Below are positions 1 to 11,285 of a stretch of 64,000 bases of DNA, piece by piece. A program made the translations under genes and the position numbers. The DNA lies in NCBI GenBank assembly GCA_965213705.1, contig OZ243913.1, positions 2,336,001 to 2,400,000 on the forward strand, in the 5' to 3' direction. Numbering within the stretch: the stretch's first letter is position 1; every line of letters starts with the position of its first letter. The notes beneath the pieces were generated by a model, which was not told where the DNA came from, searched no databases, and saw only the letters and a list, made by a program, of their open reading frames with translations. Source of the stretch: Trueperaceae bacterium. Lineage in GTDB: Bacteria > Deinococcota > Deinococci > Deinococcales > Trueperaceae.

Positions 1-70
1 TGCTCGTGGCCGCGCCGACCTGCTGCGCAAGCGCACCAGTCACGTCACCATCGTTTTGGAGGAAAAGTAA
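1..70 (+). CDS. rplV: 50S ribosomal protein L22, 3' end (partial)
   Basis: Frame from base 2 reads ARGRADLLRKRTSHVTIVLEEK*, the L22 C-terminal motif; directly precedes rpsC. Confidence 0.93.
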   Translation, partial: ARGRADLLRKRTSHVTIVLEEK

Positions 71-895
71 GTGGGAAACAAAATCAACCCGCTCGGCTTC
101 CGCCTGGGGGTGAACAAGGAGTCGTCGGCCAAGTGGTACGCGAGTCCCGACGCCTATCCCCAGCTGCTCGCCGACGACCGGCTCATCCGCGAAACCATCC
201 AAAAAGAGGTGGGCCGCGCCGGTATTTCGCGCATCGAAATCGAGCGTGCGGCGCACAACATCAACATCACCATCCACACCGCCAAACCGGGTGTCGTTAT
301 CGGCCGGGGCGGCGAGTCCATCAAAGAACTGCGCACCAAACTCGACGGCAAGCTGAGCGGCACCATCGCCGTGAACGTGCAAGAAGTTCAGAACGCCAAT
401 ACCAACGCGGCCCTGATTGCGCAGCGCATCGCCGAGCAGCTCGAGCGCCGTTTCGCGTTTCGCCGCGCCATGAAGCAAGCCGTGCAGCGCACGATGGAGT
501 CGGGCGCTCAAGGCGTCAAGATTCGCTGTTCGGGTCGTTTGGGCGGCACCGAGCAAGCCCGCCCCGAGTGGTACTCGGACGGCCGCGTGCCGCTGCAAAC
601 TTTGCGCGCCGACATCGAGTACGGCACGGCTCGGGCGCAGACCACCTACGGCATCATCGGCGTCAAGGCGTGGGTGTTCAACGGCGAAATCGTCGGCGAC
701 AAACAGCGCCGCGCCGCCCTGTTGCCCAGGACGAGGCGTGATGAGGACAAACAGCGTCGCCGCCGCCGCCCAGCCGCCAAACGCGGCAACAGCCGGGGCG
801 GTAGTGACCGTCCCGGCAGCGACCGTCCCGGCAGTGACCGTGGGGGTAGCGACCGGCCCAGCGGTGCTCGCCCCCCGCGCAAGGACCGTAGCTGA
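71..895 (+). CDS. rpsC: 30S ribosomal protein S3
   Basis: [13 protein letters not shown] start, KH domain, [12 protein letters not shown] motif; S10 operon order. Confidence 0.98.
   Translation: MGNKINPLGFRLGVNKESSAKWYASPDAYPQLLADDRLIRETIQKEVGRAGISRIEIERAAHNINITIHTAKPGVVIGRGGESIKELRTKLDGKLSGTIAVNVQEVQNANTNAALIAQRIAEQLERRFAFRRAMKQAVQRTMESGAQGVKIRCSGRLGGTEQARPEWYSDGRVPLQTLRADIEYGTARAQTTYGIIGVKAWVFNGEIVGDKQRRAALLPRTRRDEDKQRRRRRPAAKRGNSRGGSDRPGSDRPGSDRGGSDRPSGARPPRKDRS
800..859 (+). repeat. 15-bp imperfect tandem repeat x4 encoding [10 protein letters not shown] in the S3 tail
   Basis: ggtagtgaccgtccc ggcagcgaccgtccc ggcagtgaccgtggg ggtagcgaccggccc. Confidence 0.9.
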
Positions 896-1320
896 TGCTG
901 TTACCCAAACGCGTCAAGTACCGTAAGCAGATGCGCGGCCGCATGACCGGCGACACCAAGGGCGGTGACTACCTCGCCTTTGGCGACTACGGACTCGTCG
1001 CGATGGAACCGGCCTGGATAAAGTCCAACCAAATCGAGGCTTGCCGCATCGCCATGAGCCGTTACTTCCGGCGGGGCGGTAAGATTTACATTCGTATTTT
1101 TCCCGACAAGCCCGTGACCAAAAAGCCCCAAGAGGTGCGCATGGGTAAGGGCAAGGGTGCCGTCGAATACTGGGTCGCGGTCGTCAAGCCGGGTCGGGTC
1201 GTGTTCGAGGTCGCCAACGTGACCGAGGAGCAAGCCAAAGAGGCGTTCCGTTTGGCCGGCCACAAACTCCCCATCAAGACCAAGATGGTCAAGCGTGAGG
1301 TGTACGATGAAGCCCAGTGA
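895..1320 (+). CDS. rplP: 50S ribosomal protein L16
   Basis: [23 protein letters not shown] motif. Confidence 0.98.
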   Translation: MLLPKRVKYRKQMRGRMTGDTKGGDYLAFGDYGLVAMEPAWIKSNQIEACRIAMSRYFRRGGKIYIRIFPDKPVTKKPQEVRMGKGKGAVEYWVAVVKPGRVVFEVANVTEEQAKEAFRLAGHKLPIKTKMVKREVYDEAQ

Positions 1321-1498
1321 GGTGCGCGAGCTGACCGTGGACGAAATCCACGACCGGGTTGCCAAACACCGCGAAGACTTGCTCGACCTGCGGGTGCAGT
1401 CGACCGTCGGTCAGGTGCCGAACACCAAAATCATCCGCACCAAAAAACGTGACATCGCGCGGCTGCTCACCATCGCCAACGAAAAGGACAAGGCATGA
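1307..1498 (+). CDS. rpmC: 50S ribosomal protein L29
   Basis: MKPSEVREL...[14 protein letters not shown] at 1307; operon position. Confidence 0.95.
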   Translation: MKPSEVRELTVDEIHDRVAKHREDLLDLRVQSTVGQVPNTKIIRTKKRDIARLLTIANEKDKA

Positions 1499-1740
1499 AA
1501 AAGACACTGCAGGGCCGCGTGGTCAGTGACAAAGCCGACAAGACAGTGACCGTCCTGGTCGAGCGGCGCTTTAAGCACCCGCTTTACGGCAAGGTCGTCA
1601 CCACGACGAAAAAGTACCTGGCCCATGACGAAACCAACGAGTTCGGCGAGGGCGACGTGGTGGAAATCGTCTCGAGCCGCCCCATCAGCAAGCGCAAGAG
1701 CTTTACCGTCGACAAACTTATCGAGAAAGCGAGGGGGTGA
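1495..1740 (+). CDS. rpsQ: 30S ribosomal protein S17
   Basis: [14 protein letters not shown]...HPLYGK...RPISKRK. Confidence 0.98.
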   Translation: MKKTLQGRVVSDKADKTVTVLVERRFKHPLYGKVVTTTKKYLAHDETNEFGEGDVVEIVSSRPISKRKSFTVDKLIEKARG

Positions 1741-1745
1741 GGGGT

Positions 1746-1797
1746 TTTTTAGTCTTTGGTTTTTAGTTTTTAGTTTCACTAATAACTAACCGCTAAA
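1746..1797. repeat. Heptamer-periodic AT-rich repeat/imperfect hairpin between the S10 and spc blocks
   Basis: tttttag tctttgg tttttag tttttag followed by actaata actaacc gctaaac. Confidence 0.6.
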
Positions 1798-1814
1798 CGC
1801 TTTTACCTTCTATC

Positions 1815-2183
1815 ATGATTCAACAAGAGACTTTTTTAGACGTAGCCGACAATTCGGGTGCACGCCGCATTCAGTGCATACGCGTGCTCGGCACCGGCCA
1901 ACAGTTCGTGGGCGGCGTCGGTGATATCATCGTGGCCGCGGTCAAGGACGCCATCCCCAACGCGGGCGTTAAAAAAGGTGACGTCGTCAAGGCCGTCATC
2001 GTCCGCACGCGCAAAGAAATCAACCGCCGCGACGGTTCGTCGATTCGCTTTGACAGCAACGCCGCCGTCCTAATCAACAACCAAAACGAGCCGCGCGGCA
2101 CACGCGTGTTCGGACCCGTGGCGAGGGAGCTGCGCGACAAACGCTTTATGCGCATCGTGTCCTTGGCACCGGAGGTTCTGTAA
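1815..2183 (+). CDS. rplN: 50S ribosomal protein L14
   Basis: [16 protein letters not shown]...[13 protein letters not shown]...SLAPEVL. Confidence 0.98.
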   Translation: MIQQETFLDVADNSGARRIQCIRVLGTGQQFVGGVGDIIVAAVKDAIPNAGVKKGDVVKAVIVRTRKEINRRDGSSIRFDSNAAVLINNQNEPRGTRVFGPVARELRDKRFMRIVSLAPEVL

Positions 2184-2503
2184 TGGCTAAAATTCATCTC
2201 AGGCGAGGCGACACGGTTCGCGTCATCGCCGGCAAGTTCAAGGGTTCCGAAGGCAAAATTATGGCGGTGTTGCCCGAGAAAAGCCGGGTCGTCGTGGACA
2301 ACGTCAACGTCATCAAAAAAGCGCAGCGGCCCACTCAGGACAACCCGCGGGGCGGATTCGTAGAGCGTGAAGCGCCGATTCACATCAGCAACGTGCAGTT
2401 GCTCGACCCCCGCTCGGGTGAGCTGACCCGGGTGCGTTACCGCGTCGAAAACGGTCACAAGTCACGCGTGAGCGTCAAAAGCGGCGCGGCGCTGGACGAG
2501 TAA
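2183..2503 (+). CDS. rplX: 50S ribosomal protein L24
   Basis: [16 protein letters not shown] motif, EAPIHISNV. Confidence 0.97.
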   Translation: MAKIHLRRGDTVRVIAGKFKGSEGKIMAVLPEKSRVVVDNVNVIKKAQRPTQDNPRGGFVEREAPIHISNVQLLDPRSGELTRVRYRVENGHKSRVSVKSGAALDE

Positions 2504-2510
2504 GGGAGAC

Positions 2511-3089
2511 ATGGACTCAACAGACACGCCTACTACAGGAACGGACCTGTCCGTTTCGCTCAAACAGCGCTTTAAGGACACGGTCGTCGCCGAGTTGCAA
2601 AAGCGCCACGACTACGCAAACGTCATGGCGGTGCCGAAACTGGAAAAAATCGTCATCAACATGGGTCTGGGCGCGGCGCGTGAAGACAGCAAGGTGCTGG
2701 ACAAAGCCGGTCGCGAACTCGCTCAAATCGCCCTGCAACGCCCGGTCGTCACCAAGGCTAAGAAGTCGGTGTCGAACTTCAAACTGCGGGCCGGTATGCC
2801 CATCGGCGTGATGGTCACGTTGCGCGGCGAGCACATGTGGGTCTTTTTGGAAAAACTCGTCAACATCGCCCTGCCGAGGGTTCGCGACTTTCGCGGCATC
2901 AACCCCAACAGCTTTGACGGCCGCGGCAACTACTCGATGGGCGTGCGCGAACAGCTCGTCTTCCCAGAAATCAGCTACGACCAAATCGACGCGGTGCGCG
3001 GGATGGACATTTCCATCGTCACCACCGCCGAGACCGATGAAGAGGCGCGCGACCTGCTCGAGCTGCTCGGGATGCCCTTCAGAAAGTAA
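2511..3089 (+). CDS. rplE: 50S ribosomal protein L5
   Basis: [30 protein letters not shown]. Confidence 0.98.
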   Translation: MDSTDTPTTGTDLSVSLKQRFKDTVVAELQKRHDYANVMAVPKLEKIVINMGLGAAREDSKVLDKAGRELAQIALQRPVVTKAKKSVSNFKLRAGMPIGVMVTLRGEHMWVFLEKLVNIALPRVRDFRGINPNSFDGRGNYSMGVREQLVFPEISYDQIDAVRGMDISIVTTAETDEEARDLLELLGMPFRK

Positions 3090-3098
3090 AGGAGTTTT

Positions 3099-3284
3099 AT
3101 GGCTACCAAAGCCCACATTGCCAAGTCCAAACGTGAAGCCAAGTTTTCAACCCGTCAGGTCAACCGCTGTATGCGCTGCGGCCGCTCGCGCGGTTACCTG
3201 CGTGACTTCGGCCTGTGCCGAATTTGCATGCGCGAAGAAGCGCACAAAGGCTACTTACCCGGCGTCACCAAGGCGAGCTGGTAA
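3099..3284 (+). CDS. rpsZ: 30S ribosomal protein S14, zinc-binding (type Z)
   Basis: 61 aa with CMRC...CRIC and a C-terminal PGVTKASW. Confidence 0.96.
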   Translation: MATKAHIAKSKREAKFSTRQVNRCMRCGRSRGYLRDFGLCRICMREEAHKGYLPGVTKASW

Positions 3285-3368
3285 CAGCTCCAACTCGACA
3301 ACAAAGAAAGCATTATGTAGAGAGGACGGTCGCACCGCTTGGTTCGATACCGCTCTCGAGGAGGAAAC

Positions 3369-3767
3369 GTGAACACAGACCCCATCGCCGACATGCTGAC
3401 GCGCATTCGCAACGCCCAGGCGATTGCCGAAGCGAGCGTCGACGTACCGGCCAGCAAGTTCAAAAAAGCCGTCGCCGCGCTGCTCGTCAAAGAAGGTTAC
3501 TTGAAGTCCGTCGAAGACGCGACCAACAAGGCCGGTCACCCGGTAATTCGCATCGGGCTCAAGTACGGCCCACGCCGCAGCCCGCTTATCAACGCGCTGA
3601 CCCGCGTCTCCAAACCGGGCCGCCGCGCTTACGCCAAGGCGGGCGCCGTGCCGGTAGTGCGCGGCGGCTTGGGCATCGCCGTCGTCTCGACCTCGCAAGG
3701 CCTCATGGTCGACCGCGACGCGCGCCGTAAAAACGTCGGCGGCGAAGTCGTTTGCGAGGTTTGGTAA
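3369..3767 (+). CDS. rpsH: 30S ribosomal protein S8
   Basis: GTG start after [36 protein letters not shown]. Confidence 0.97.
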   Translation: MNTDPIADMLTRIRNAQAIAEASVDVPASKFKKAVAALLVKEGYLKSVEDATNKAGHPVIRIGLKYGPRRSPLINALTRVSKPGRRAYAKAGAVPVVRGGLGIAVVSTSQGLMVDRDARRKNVGGEVVCEVW

Positions 3768-4306
3768 TGTCGCGCATCGGTAGACTGCCCGTGCCTGTGC
3801 CCAGCGGCGTCAACGTCAACGTCCAGGGCGACAGCGTCGTCGTCAAGGGTCCCAAAGGCCAACTGACCGTGCCGCTCAACAAACGCTTGAGCATCGACAT
3901 GGGCGACGGCGAACTCACCCTAAGCCGCCCCAGCGACGCTAGAGACGACCGCGCGCAGCACGGCCTGGCGCGCAGCCTTATCAACAACGCCGTCGTCGGC
4001 GTGACCGAAGGCTTTACCCGTAACTTAGAGATTCGCGGCGTCGGTTACCGCGCGCAGATGCGCGGGGGGGCGTTGGAACTGAGCCTCGGCTTTTCGCACC
4101 CGGTCGTGGTCGAGCCGCCCGAAGGCATTGCCATCGCTACGCCCGAACAAACCCGCATCACCGTCAGCGGCATCGACAAGCAACTCGTCGGCCAAACGGC
4201 CGCGAATATTCGCGCGCTCCGTCCGCCCGACTCGTACCACGGCAAGGGTGTCCGCTACGAGGGTGAGCAGGTCCGTCTCAAAGCCGGTAAGACAGCGGCC
4301 CGGTAA
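3767..4306 (+). CDS. rplF: 50S ribosomal protein L6
   Basis: [28 protein letters not shown]. Confidence 0.97.
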   Translation: MSRIGRLPVPVPSGVNVNVQGDSVVVKGPKGQLTVPLNKRLSIDMGDGELTLSRPSDARDDRAQHGLARSLINNAVVGVTEGFTRNLEIRGVGYRAQMRGGALELSLGFSHPVVVEPPEGIAIATPEQTRITVSGIDKQLVGQTAANIRALRPPDSYHGKGVRYEGEQVRLKAGKTAAR

Positions 4307-4320
4307 TTAGGAGTTAGACG

Positions 4321-4668
4321 ATGTCCAGACTAGAATCCGCCACGCGCCGCAAGCTGCGCACGCGCCGCCGCTTAAAACGGCCGGTCAAAACCGACCGCTT
4401 GCGCCTCAGCGTGTTTCGCAGCAGCAAACACATCTACGCGCAAATCATCGACGACGAACAGGGTATCACCGTGGCTGAAGCCAACTCGCGGAGCTTGGAC
4501 GCGTCCGGCGACAAGGTCGAGCAGGCCCAGGCGGTCGGCAAAGCGCTCGCCGAGCGGGCCAAAGAAGTGGGCGCCGTCCGCGTGGTTTTCGACCGGGGCA
4601 GCTACCGCTACCACGGCCGCGTCAAAGCGCTCGCCGAAGGTGCGCGCGAGGGAGGCTTGGAGTTTTAA
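4321..4668 (+). CDS. rplR: 50S ribosomal protein L18
   Basis: [44 protein letters not shown]. Confidence 0.98.
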   Translation: MSRLESATRRKLRTRRRLKRPVKTDRLRLSVFRSSKHIYAQIIDDEQGITVAEANSRSLDASGDKVEQAQAVGKALAERAKEVGAVRVVFDRGSYRYHGRVKALAEGAREGGLEF

Positions 4669-5144
4669 TGGCAAACAACAGCGACTTTGAAGACAAAGTG
4701 ATTTTTATCCGCCGCACCGCCAAAACCTACAAGGGCGGTCGCCGCTTCCGGTTCGGCGCGATGGTGGTCGTGGGTGACCGCAACGGCCGCGTGGGCGTCG
4801 GTTTGGGCAAAGCCAAAGAGGTGCCCGTCGCCGTACAAAAGGGTCAGTACGTCGCCATGCGCAACGTCATCGAGGTGCCCATCGCCGAGCCCGGTACGAT
4901 TCCCCACGAGGTCTTGGGCGAGCACGGCACCAGCCGCGTGATGCTCAAACCGGCCGGGGCCGGTACCGGCGTCATCGCGGGTGGTGTGCCCAGGGCGATT
5001 GCCGAACTGGCGGGTTTGCGCAACCTCCTGACCAAAGAACTCGGCTCGCGCAACCAAACAAACGTCGCTTACGCGGTCATCGAAGGCCTCAAGCAACTCA
5101 AAACTTATGAAGAGTCCAAGGCCGAACGGGAGGCAGCGCGGTGA
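4668..5144 (+). CDS. rpsE: 30S ribosomal protein S5
   Basis: [28 protein letters not shown]. Confidence 0.98.
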   Translation: MANNSDFEDKVIFIRRTAKTYKGGRRFRFGAMVVVGDRNGRVGVGLGKAKEVPVAVQKGQYVAMRNVIEVPIAEPGTIPHEVLGEHGTSRVMLKPAGAGTGVIAGGVPRAIAELAGLRNLLTKELGSRNQTNVAYAVIEGLKQLKTYEESKAEREAAR

Positions 5145-5314
5145 AAATCACGCTGAAGCGCAGCCTTATCGGCGTCAAGAAAGACCAGCGGGCGACCGTC
5201 AACGCGCTCGGCTTGCGTAAAACGGGCGACAGCCGCACCGTCGCCGACACGCAAGACGTGCGCGGTATGGTCGACAAAGTAGCGTACTTGCTAGAGGTAG
5301 AAGGGCAGGACTAA
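5141..5314 (+). CDS. rpmD: 50S ribosomal protein L30 (not in ORF track)
   Basis: GTG 5141 reads [57 protein letters not shown]; lies between rpsE and rplO. Confidence 0.95.
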   Translation: MKITLKRSLIGVKKDQRATVNALGLRKTGDSRTVADTQDVRGMVDKVAYLLEVEGQD

Positions 5315-5779
5315 GTGAAACTGAACGACTTGAAACCCGCACCGGGCAGCAAAAAAACGCGCCGCCGTGTGGGCCGAGGTTTGGGCAGCGGCCGCGGAAA
5401 AACTGCGGGCCGCGGTCAAAAAGGCCAGAAGAGCCGCAGCGGTTTCAGCCAGGGTGCCGGCTGGGAAGGCGGGCGTTCGCGCCTCGTCATGCGTTTGCCG
5501 AAACGTGGGTTTACCCACCAGGGTGACGACTACCAAGTTGTCAACTTGGCCGACCTGAACGTGTTTGAAGACGGAACTGAGGTAACTGCCGAACTGTTGA
5601 AGACCCGCGGGTTGGTGCGCAGCCTGAAACGCCCGGTCAAACTGCTGGGCAACGGCGAACTGACCGCTAAAAACTTGCAGGTTCATGTAGACGCCTACAG
5701 CAAAAGTGCCGCTCGAGCCCTACAAGACTCGGGCGGAAGCGCCGTAGGTGCCGAAGCGCAGGCTGAAGGAGCCGAGTAA
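5315..5779 (+). CDS. rplO: 50S ribosomal protein L15
   Basis: RVGRGLGSGRGKTAGRGQKGQKSR, RLPKRGF. Confidence 0.98.
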   Translation: MKLNDLKPAPGSKKTRRRVGRGLGSGRGKTAGRGQKGQKSRSGFSQGAGWEGGRSRLVMRLPKRGFTHQGDDYQVVNLADLNVFEDGTEVTAELLKTRGLVRSLKRPVKLLGNGELTAKNLQVHVDAYSKSAARALQDSGGSAVGAEAQAEGAE

Positions 5780-7098
5780 TGTTAGCGGCGTTTCGCAACG
5801 CACTCATCATTCCTGACCTGCGAGCGAAGCTGCTGGTGACGATAGGTTTGTTGGCCGTTTACAGGCTGATGGTGTTTATTCCCACGCCGGGCGTCGACAT
5901 CGAGGTCCTGCAAGCCGGGAACTTCGGGCAGGGCGACATTTTCACCCTACTGAACTTTATCTCGGGCGGCAACTTCGAGGTTTTCTCGATTGCCGCTCTC
6001 GGCGTGATTCCTTACATCACGGCCAGCATCATCATTCAGCTGCTCACCTCGGTTTATCCACCTTTGGAAAAACTACAAAAAGAAGGTGAAGAGGGCCGCC
6101 GCAAGATTACCCAGTACACCCGCTACGGGGCAACCGCGCTGGGCGCTATCCAGGCGGTGTTTTTGGCTATCGCCCTGATAGGCCCGAGTGGTGCACTGAG
6201 ACTAGGCTGGTCGAACGGACCCTTTTTCTGGTTTATCGTTCTCATCACGCAGGTGGCGGGTATCACGGTGGTGATGTGGCTCGGCGAAAAAATCACCGAG
6301 TACGGTATCGGCAACGGCATCTCGCTCATCATCTACGCGGGCATCGTCGCCCTTTTTCCGGGCGCTCTGAGCCAGCAGTTCGCGCTCATCAGCAGTGGTG
6401 AGGCGAACATCTTCGGCCTCATCATCTTCTTGGCGCTGTTGATTCTGGCAATTACGGGCATGGTCCTCATTCAGCAGGCCGAGCGGCGCATCCCCGTTCA
6501 GTACGCCCGCAAGGTCGTCGGCCGGCGCGTGATGGGCGGCCAGAGCACCTACATTCCCTTACGCGTCAACGCCGCCGGGGTTATCCCTATCATCTTCGCG
6601 GTGTCCATCATCATCTTGCCGACGGTCATCATCGGGGCGTTTCCCACCGTCGGTTGGTTGCAGGCGGCGGGCGTGTGGTTCAACACCGCGCAGTGGCAAG
6701 GACTTATCACCAGCACGCTGCTGATTATGGCGTTTACCTACTTCTACACGCAAATCACCTTCGACCCGCGGCGCATTGCCGAAAACCTGCGCGAGTACGG
6801 CGGTTTTGTGCCGGGCGTGCGGCCGGGCTTGCCAACCCAAGAGCACTTGGCGCGCATCACCAACCGCATTACCCTGTGGGGCGCGCTCTTTTTGGGCGCG
6901 GTCAACGCCACGCCGCAAGTGCTGGCCTGGATTACGGGCACAGGCTCGCTGCCCTTCGCCTTTTCCGGAACGGGCCTCCTGATTATCGTCGGGGTCGCGC
7001 TCGACACCTTGCGCCAGCTGGAAACCCAGCTCACCATGCGTCACTACGAGGGGTTTGTCTCCAAAGGGCGTATCCGGGGCCGCGGGAGGCGATTTTAG
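5779..7098 (+). CDS. secY: Preprotein translocase subunit SecY
   Basis: Multiple TM segments, SIAALGVIPYITASIIIQLL, GIGNGISLII, GFVPGVRPG. Confidence 0.98.
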   Translation: MLAAFRNALIIPDLRAKLLVTIGLLAVYRLMVFIPTPGVDIEVLQAGNFGQGDIFTLLNFISGGNFEVFSIAALGVIPYITASIIIQLLTSVYPPLEKLQKEGEEGRRKITQYTRYGATALGAIQAVFLAIALIGPSGALRLGWSNGPFFWFIVLITQVAGITVVMWLGEKITEYGIGNGISLIIYAGIVALFPGALSQQFALISSGEANIFGLIIFLALLILAITGMVLIQQAERRIPVQYARKVVGRRVMGGQSTYIPLRVNAAGVIPIIFAVSIIILPTVIIGAFPTVGWLQAAGVWFNTAQWQGLITSTLLIMAFTYFYTQITFDPRRIAENLREYGGFVPGVRPGLPTQEHLARITNRITLWGALFLGAVNATPQVLAWITGTGSLPFAFSGTGLLIIVGVALDTLRQLETQLTMRHYEGFVSKGRIRGRGRRF

Positions 7099-7673
7099 TG
7101 CCGCCGTCCGAGGTGCTGTTGCTGATGGGGCCGCCCGGCGCGGGCAAGGGTACGCAGGCGGTCAAGCTGGCGCGGGCTAGAAAACTGCACAAGATTTCTA
7201 CAGGCGACATGCTCCGCAGCCACGTAGACAAAGGCACAGCCCTCGGACTCGAGGCCAAGAACATTATGGCGGCGGGCGACCTCGTGCCCGACGACCTCAT
7301 CATCGACATGGTGCGGGCGGAGCTGGAAGCGCACAAAGAAAACGGCGTGCGCGCCCTTCTCGACGGTTTTCCGCGCACGCCCGGCCAAGCCGCGGCGCTC
7401 GACACGCTGTTGCAGGACTACGACGCGCCGCTCACCGCCGCCGTCCTTTTGGAAGTCGAAGAAGACGAACTGGTCAACCGCTTGCGGGGGCGCGCCCTGG
7501 AAGAGAATCGCAGCGACGACGACGCCGCCACAGTGCGTGAGCGTATGCGCGTCTACCGCGAGAAAACGCAGCCTCTCCTCGACTACTACGACGAGCGCAC
7601 AAAACTGCGCCGCGTCAACGGCATAGGCACGGTCGAAGAGGTCTTCGCGCGCGTCACCGAGGTACTGCCGTGA
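7098..7673 (+). CDS. adk: Adenylate kinase (short-LID type)
   Basis: GTG 7098; GPPGAGKGTQA P-loop, ISTGDMLR, LDGFPRT, RSDD. Confidence 0.96.
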   Translation: MPPSEVLLLMGPPGAGKGTQAVKLARARKLHKISTGDMLRSHVDKGTALGLEAKNIMAAGDLVPDDLIIDMVRAELEAHKENGVRALLDGFPRTPGQAAALDTLLQDYDAPLTAAVLLEVEEDELVNRLRGRALEENRSDDDAATVRERMRVYREKTQPLLDYYDERTKLRRVNGIGTVEEVFARVTEVLP

Positions 7674-8455
7674 TTTTAAAGCGCGCTCGAGAACTCGACC
7701 TTATGGCCGAGGCGGCCGTCATCAACCGTGAGGCTTTGGAGTCTATAGAACCTTTCATCAAGCCGGGTGTGTCGACCAGGGTACTCAACGACATGGCCGA
7801 AGATGCTATCCTCACGCGGGGTGGGCGACCGGCCTTTAAGGGCTACCGCGGTTTCCCCGCGGCGCTGTGCTGTTCGGTCAACGAGGTGGTCGTCCACGGT
7901 TTCCCGAGTGACAAGCCTCTGCTCGAGGGCGACATTTTGTCGATAGACGTGGGCACCTTTTACCGAGGTTACGCCGCCGACATGGCAAAAACGTATCCTA
8001 TCGGCAACGTTTCGGCCGAGACGCAGCGTTTGCTCACCGTCACGGAAAACTCGCTCTACGCGGGCATCGAGCAGGCGTATCCCGGCAACCGCCTGGGAGA
8101 CGTCTCCGCGGCGATTCAGCGCGTCATAGAAGCGGCGGGTTACTGGGCTATTCGGGAGTTCGTGGGTCACGGCATCGGTGCCGAGTTTCACGAAGCGCCC
8201 GAGGTACCCAATTACGGCAAACGGGGTACGGGTCCGGTTCTGCGCCCTGGTCTCGTGCTGGCTATCGAGCCGATGGTCGCCGAACGGCGTACCAAAGTAA
8301 AGATTTTGGCTGACCAATGGACGGCGCCGACCGCCAACGGCAGCTTGGCCGCTCATTTCGAGCACACCGTCGCGATAACGACCGACGGTCCGCAGGTTTT
8401 AACGTCGAAAGACCAAGCCAAGGTGCTGGTCGCAGGAGGTGCACGTGGCGCGTAG
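7670..8455 (+). CDS. map: Methionine aminopeptidase type I
   Basis: [38 protein letters not shown]. Confidence 0.97.
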   Translation: MILKRARELDLMAEAAVINREALESIEPFIKPGVSTRVLNDMAEDAILTRGGRPAFKGYRGFPAALCCSVNEVVVHGFPSDKPLLEGDILSIDVGTFYRGYAADMAKTYPIGNVSAETQRLLTVTENSLYAGIEQAYPGNRLGDVSAAIQRVIEAAGYWAIREFVGHGIGAEFHEAPEVPNYGKRGTGPVLRPGLVLAIEPMVAERRTKVKILADQWTAPTANGSLAAHFEHTVAITTDGPQVLTSKDQAKVLVAGGARGA

Positions 8456-8720
8456 ACGCTCAAGGCGGTCAGGCCCACCCAAGGAACGCAAAGAACGCCC
8501 CGAGGAAACGACCCAGGACACCATCCGGGCTGAGGGGGCCGTGCTCGAGGCGCGCCCCAACACCACCTTTTTGGTCCAGCTCGACGCCGGTCCCGAAATT
8601 CTCGCCCACGTCGGCGGCAAAATGCGCCGCAACTACATCCGAATTTTACCGGGCGACCGGGTTATTCTGGAAATAAGTACTTACGACCCTGAAAAGGGCC
8701 GGATTGTTTACAGGAAGTAG
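8445..8720 (+). CDS. infA: Translation initiation factor IF-1 with basic N-terminal extension
   Basis: [22 protein letters not shown]...YD...GRIVYR; GTG after GGAGG. Confidence 0.95.
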   Translation: MARRRSRRSGPPKERKERPEETTQDTIRAEGAVLEARPNTTFLVQLDAGPEILAHVGGKMRRNYIRILPGDRVILEISTYDPEKGRIVYRK

Positions 8721-8768
8721 CTTATAGGTATCATCTATAAATTGGTTTATAGATGATACCTATAAGCT
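8719..8768. repeat. Perfect 23-bp AT-rich inverted repeat (4-nt loop) between infA and rpmJ
   Basis: agcttataggtatcatctataaa-ttgg-tttatagatgatacctataagct. Confidence 0.9.
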
Positions 8769-8781
8769 CCAAGGAGGAACA

Positions 8782-8898
8782 ATGAAAGTCCGTGCGTCCG
8801 TCAAGCCCATGTGCGACAAGTGTAAAGTCATTCGTCGCCACGGCAAAGTGTACGTCATCTGCTCGGCGAACCCGAAGCACAAGCAAAGGCAGGGCTGA
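8782..8898 (+). CDS. rpmJ: 50S ribosomal protein L36 (zinc-binding; not in ORF track)
   Basis: [38 protein letters not shown] after AGGAGG. Confidence 0.97.
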   Translation: MKVRASVKPMCDKCKVIRRHGKVYVICSANPKHKQRQG

Positions 8899-8901
8899 AT
8901 T

Positions 8902-9282
8902 ATGGCGAGAATTTCAGGCGTCGACTTGCCGCGCGACAAGCGCGTCGAGTACGCCCTACCCTACATCTACGGCATCGGCTTGAGCCGCGCCCAGGAAATC
9001 TTGGCGGCGGTCGACATCGACCCGGACATCCGCGTCAAGGACTTAGCCGAGTCCGACGCTCAAAAAATTCGTGAGTACGTCGACCGCAACTTCAAGGTCG
9101 AAGGCGACTTGCGCCGCGAAATCCAACTCAACATCAAACGGCTCATGGACATCGGGTCGTACCGCGGCTTGCGGCACCGCCGCGGTTTGCCGGTAAGAGG
9201 CCAGTCGACCAAAACCAACGCTAGGACGCGCAAGGGTCCTCGCCGCACCGTCGCCGGCAAGAAAAAAGCGACCAAGAAGTAA
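8902..9282 (+). CDS. rpsM: 30S ribosomal protein S13
   Basis: [36 protein letters not shown]. Confidence 0.98.
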   Translation: MARISGVDLPRDKRVEYALPYIYGIGLSRAQEILAAVDIDPDIRVKDLAESDAQKIREYVDRNFKVEGDLRREIQLNIKRLMDIGSYRGLRHRRGLPVRGQSTKTNARTRKGPRRTVAGKKKATKK

Positions 9283-9294
9283 AAGGAGTAGTTT

Positions 9295-9696
9295 ATGGCA
9301 AAAGCACCTGCTAAAACCGCCAAGCCGAAAAAACGTGCCCGGCGCAACCTCGTTGAGGGTCGGGCTTTTATCCACGCGTCGTACAACAACACCATCATCA
9401 CCATCACCGACGTCGACGGCAACACGGTCGCCTGGTCGAGTGCGGGCTCCATCGGCTACAAGGGCTCCAAAAAGGGTACGCCCTACGCCGCCCAGCTCGC
9501 CGCCGCCGACGCGACCCGCAAGGCGCAAAACATGGGTCTGTCGCAACTTGACATCGTCATCCGGGGTACGGGCTCGGGCCGCGAACAAGCGATTCGTTCC
9601 ATCCAGGCGACCGGCGTCAATGTCCGCACCATCATCGACGACACGCCGGTGCCGCACAACGGTTGCCGTCTGCGCAAGCGCAAGCGGAACGCTTAA
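9295..9696 (+). CDS. rpsK: 30S ribosomal protein S11
   Basis: HASYNNTIITITD, TPYAAQ, DTPVPHNGCR. Confidence 0.98.
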   Translation: MAKAPAKTAKPKKRARRNLVEGRAFIHASYNNTIITITDVDGNTVAWSSAGSIGYKGSKKGTPYAAQLAAADATRKAQNMGLSQLDIVIRGTGSGREQAIRSIQATGVNVRTIIDDTPVPHNGCRLRKRKRNA

Positions 9697-9705
9697 GGGG
9701 AGTTT

Positions 9706-10323
9706 ATGAGTCGTTACCGAGGTCCAGCCGTCAAAATCAGCCGCCGCGAAGGGGTCAACCTCACCGAAACCCCTAAAGTCCAGCGCTACATGGAGCACCA
9801 CCCGTACCCGCCGGGCCAGCACGGCCAGGCGCGCCGTCGCAAGCCGAGCGACTACGGCGTTCGCTTGCGCGAAAAGCAAAAACTGCGCCTCTACTACAAC
9901 CTGGGCGAAAAGCAATTCCGTAACTTGTTCGACGAAGCCTCACGCCGCGAAGGTGCGACGGGCGCGGTGTTTTTGCAGCTCTTAGAGTCCCGACTCGACA
10001 ACGTCGTGTACCGGCTGGGTATCGCTTACACACGCCGTCAAGCCAGACAGTTCGTCTCGCACGGGCACGTCTTGGTCAACGGTCAAAAAATTGATGTGCC
10101 GTCCTACCGGGTCGACCCCGGCGACGAAATCGCGGTGGCGCCCGGCAGCCGCGACAACGCGCACATCAAAAGCAACATCGAAGCGCGCCGCCGCGGCAAG
10201 ATGCACCCTTGGCTCCAGTTCGACGCCGACGCCATGACCGGCAAGTTTATGAACCGTCCGGCCAGGGAAGACTTGGTCGTGCCGGTCAACGAACTTCAAG
10301 TCATCGAGTACTACTCGAGGTAA
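9706..10323 (+). CDS. rpsD: 30S ribosomal protein S4
   Basis: [36 protein letters not shown]. Confidence 0.98.
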   Translation: MSRYRGPAVKISRREGVNLTETPKVQRYMEHHPYPPGQHGQARRRKPSDYGVRLREKQKLRLYYNLGEKQFRNLFDEASRREGATGAVFLQLLESRLDNVVYRLGIAYTRRQARQFVSHGHVLVNGQKIDVPSYRVDPGDEIAVAPGSRDNAHIKSNIEARRRGKMHPWLQFDADAMTGKFMNRPAREDLVVPVNELQVIEYYSR

Positions 10324-10326
10324 CCC

Positions 10327-11283
10327 ATGATTCAAATGACCCCCGACATCAAAGCCGAAGTCACCGACAAGTACGGCGAGTTCACCATCGAGCCGATGCA
10401 GCGCGGCTACGGCGTTACTTTGGGCAACCCGCTGCGCCGTATCCTGCTGTCGTCGATTCCCGGCACCGCCGTGACGAGCGTGTACATCGAAGACGTGTTG
10501 CACGAGTTTTCAACCATTCCCGGCGTTAAAGAAGACGTCATGCAGATTATCCTCAACTTGAAAGAACTCGTGGTCAAACTCCACGACGACGAACCCGTAA
10601 CCCTGACGCTGCGCGGTGAAAGCGAGGGTGTTATCACCGCGGGCAGTTTCGAGACGCCGCCCAACGCCGAGGTCGTCAACCCCGAGCTGCACATTGCCAC
10701 GCTCGCCAAAGGTGGCAAGCTCGTGATGGAAGTCCGCGTCGAGCCGGGCGTGGGTTACGTGCCGGCGGACATTCACGGCACCAAAGACCGCATCAACTCG
10801 ATTCCGGTCGACGCGATTTTCACGCCCGTGCGCCGGGTGGCTTACCGCGTCGCCGACACGCGCGTGGGCCAACAGACGGACCTCGACAAGCTCGTTTTGC
10901 GCATCTGGACCGACGGCAGCGTCGCGCCGGGCGAAGCCCTGACGATGGCCGTAGAAATCATGCGCAGCCAACTCGCCGTTTTCGGTGGCGAGGTAGCCGC
11001 CATGCCGACGGTCGAGGAAAAAGTCCCGGTCACGGTCATCGCGCCGCGCGCCGCCCAAGAAGAAACGGCCCCCGCCGAGCCCGAAGGCGTGCAGATGAAC
11101 TTGGACGGGTTGGAACTCTCGAGCCGCGTCCTTCACTCCTTGCAAGAAGAGGGCATCGACTCCATCAACGCGCTCCTCGCGCTGAGCGAACGCGACCTGA
11201 AAAAGGTCGGCGGCATCGGTGAGAAGTCCCTGGAAGAAATCACCGACCAGCTCGTCGCCCGCGGGCTGAAACTGAAGGAGTAA
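10327..11283 (+). CDS. rpoA: DNA-directed RNA polymerase subunit alpha
   Basis: [33 protein letters not shown]-terminal HhH domain. Confidence 0.98.
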   Translation: MIQMTPDIKAEVTDKYGEFTIEPMQRGYGVTLGNPLRRILLSSIPGTAVTSVYIEDVLHEFSTIPGVKEDVMQIILNLKELVVKLHDDEPVTLTLRGESEGVITAGSFETPPNAEVVNPELHIATLAKGGKLVMEVRVEPGVGYVPADIHGTKDRINSIPVDAIFTPVRRVAYRVADTRVGQQTDLDKLVLRIWTDGSVAPGEALTMAVEIMRSQLAVFGGEVAAMPTVEEKVPVTVIAPRAAQEETAPAEPEGVQMNLDGLELSSRVLHSLQEEGIDSINALLALSERDLKKVGGIGEKSLEEITDQLVARGLKLKE

Positions 11284-11285
11284 AG

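Noticed and set aside
6654..7097. 148-aa N-terminal extension of adenylate kinase
   Set aside because: It overlaps secY in another frame; the GTG at 7098 overlapping the secY stop gives a normal Adk
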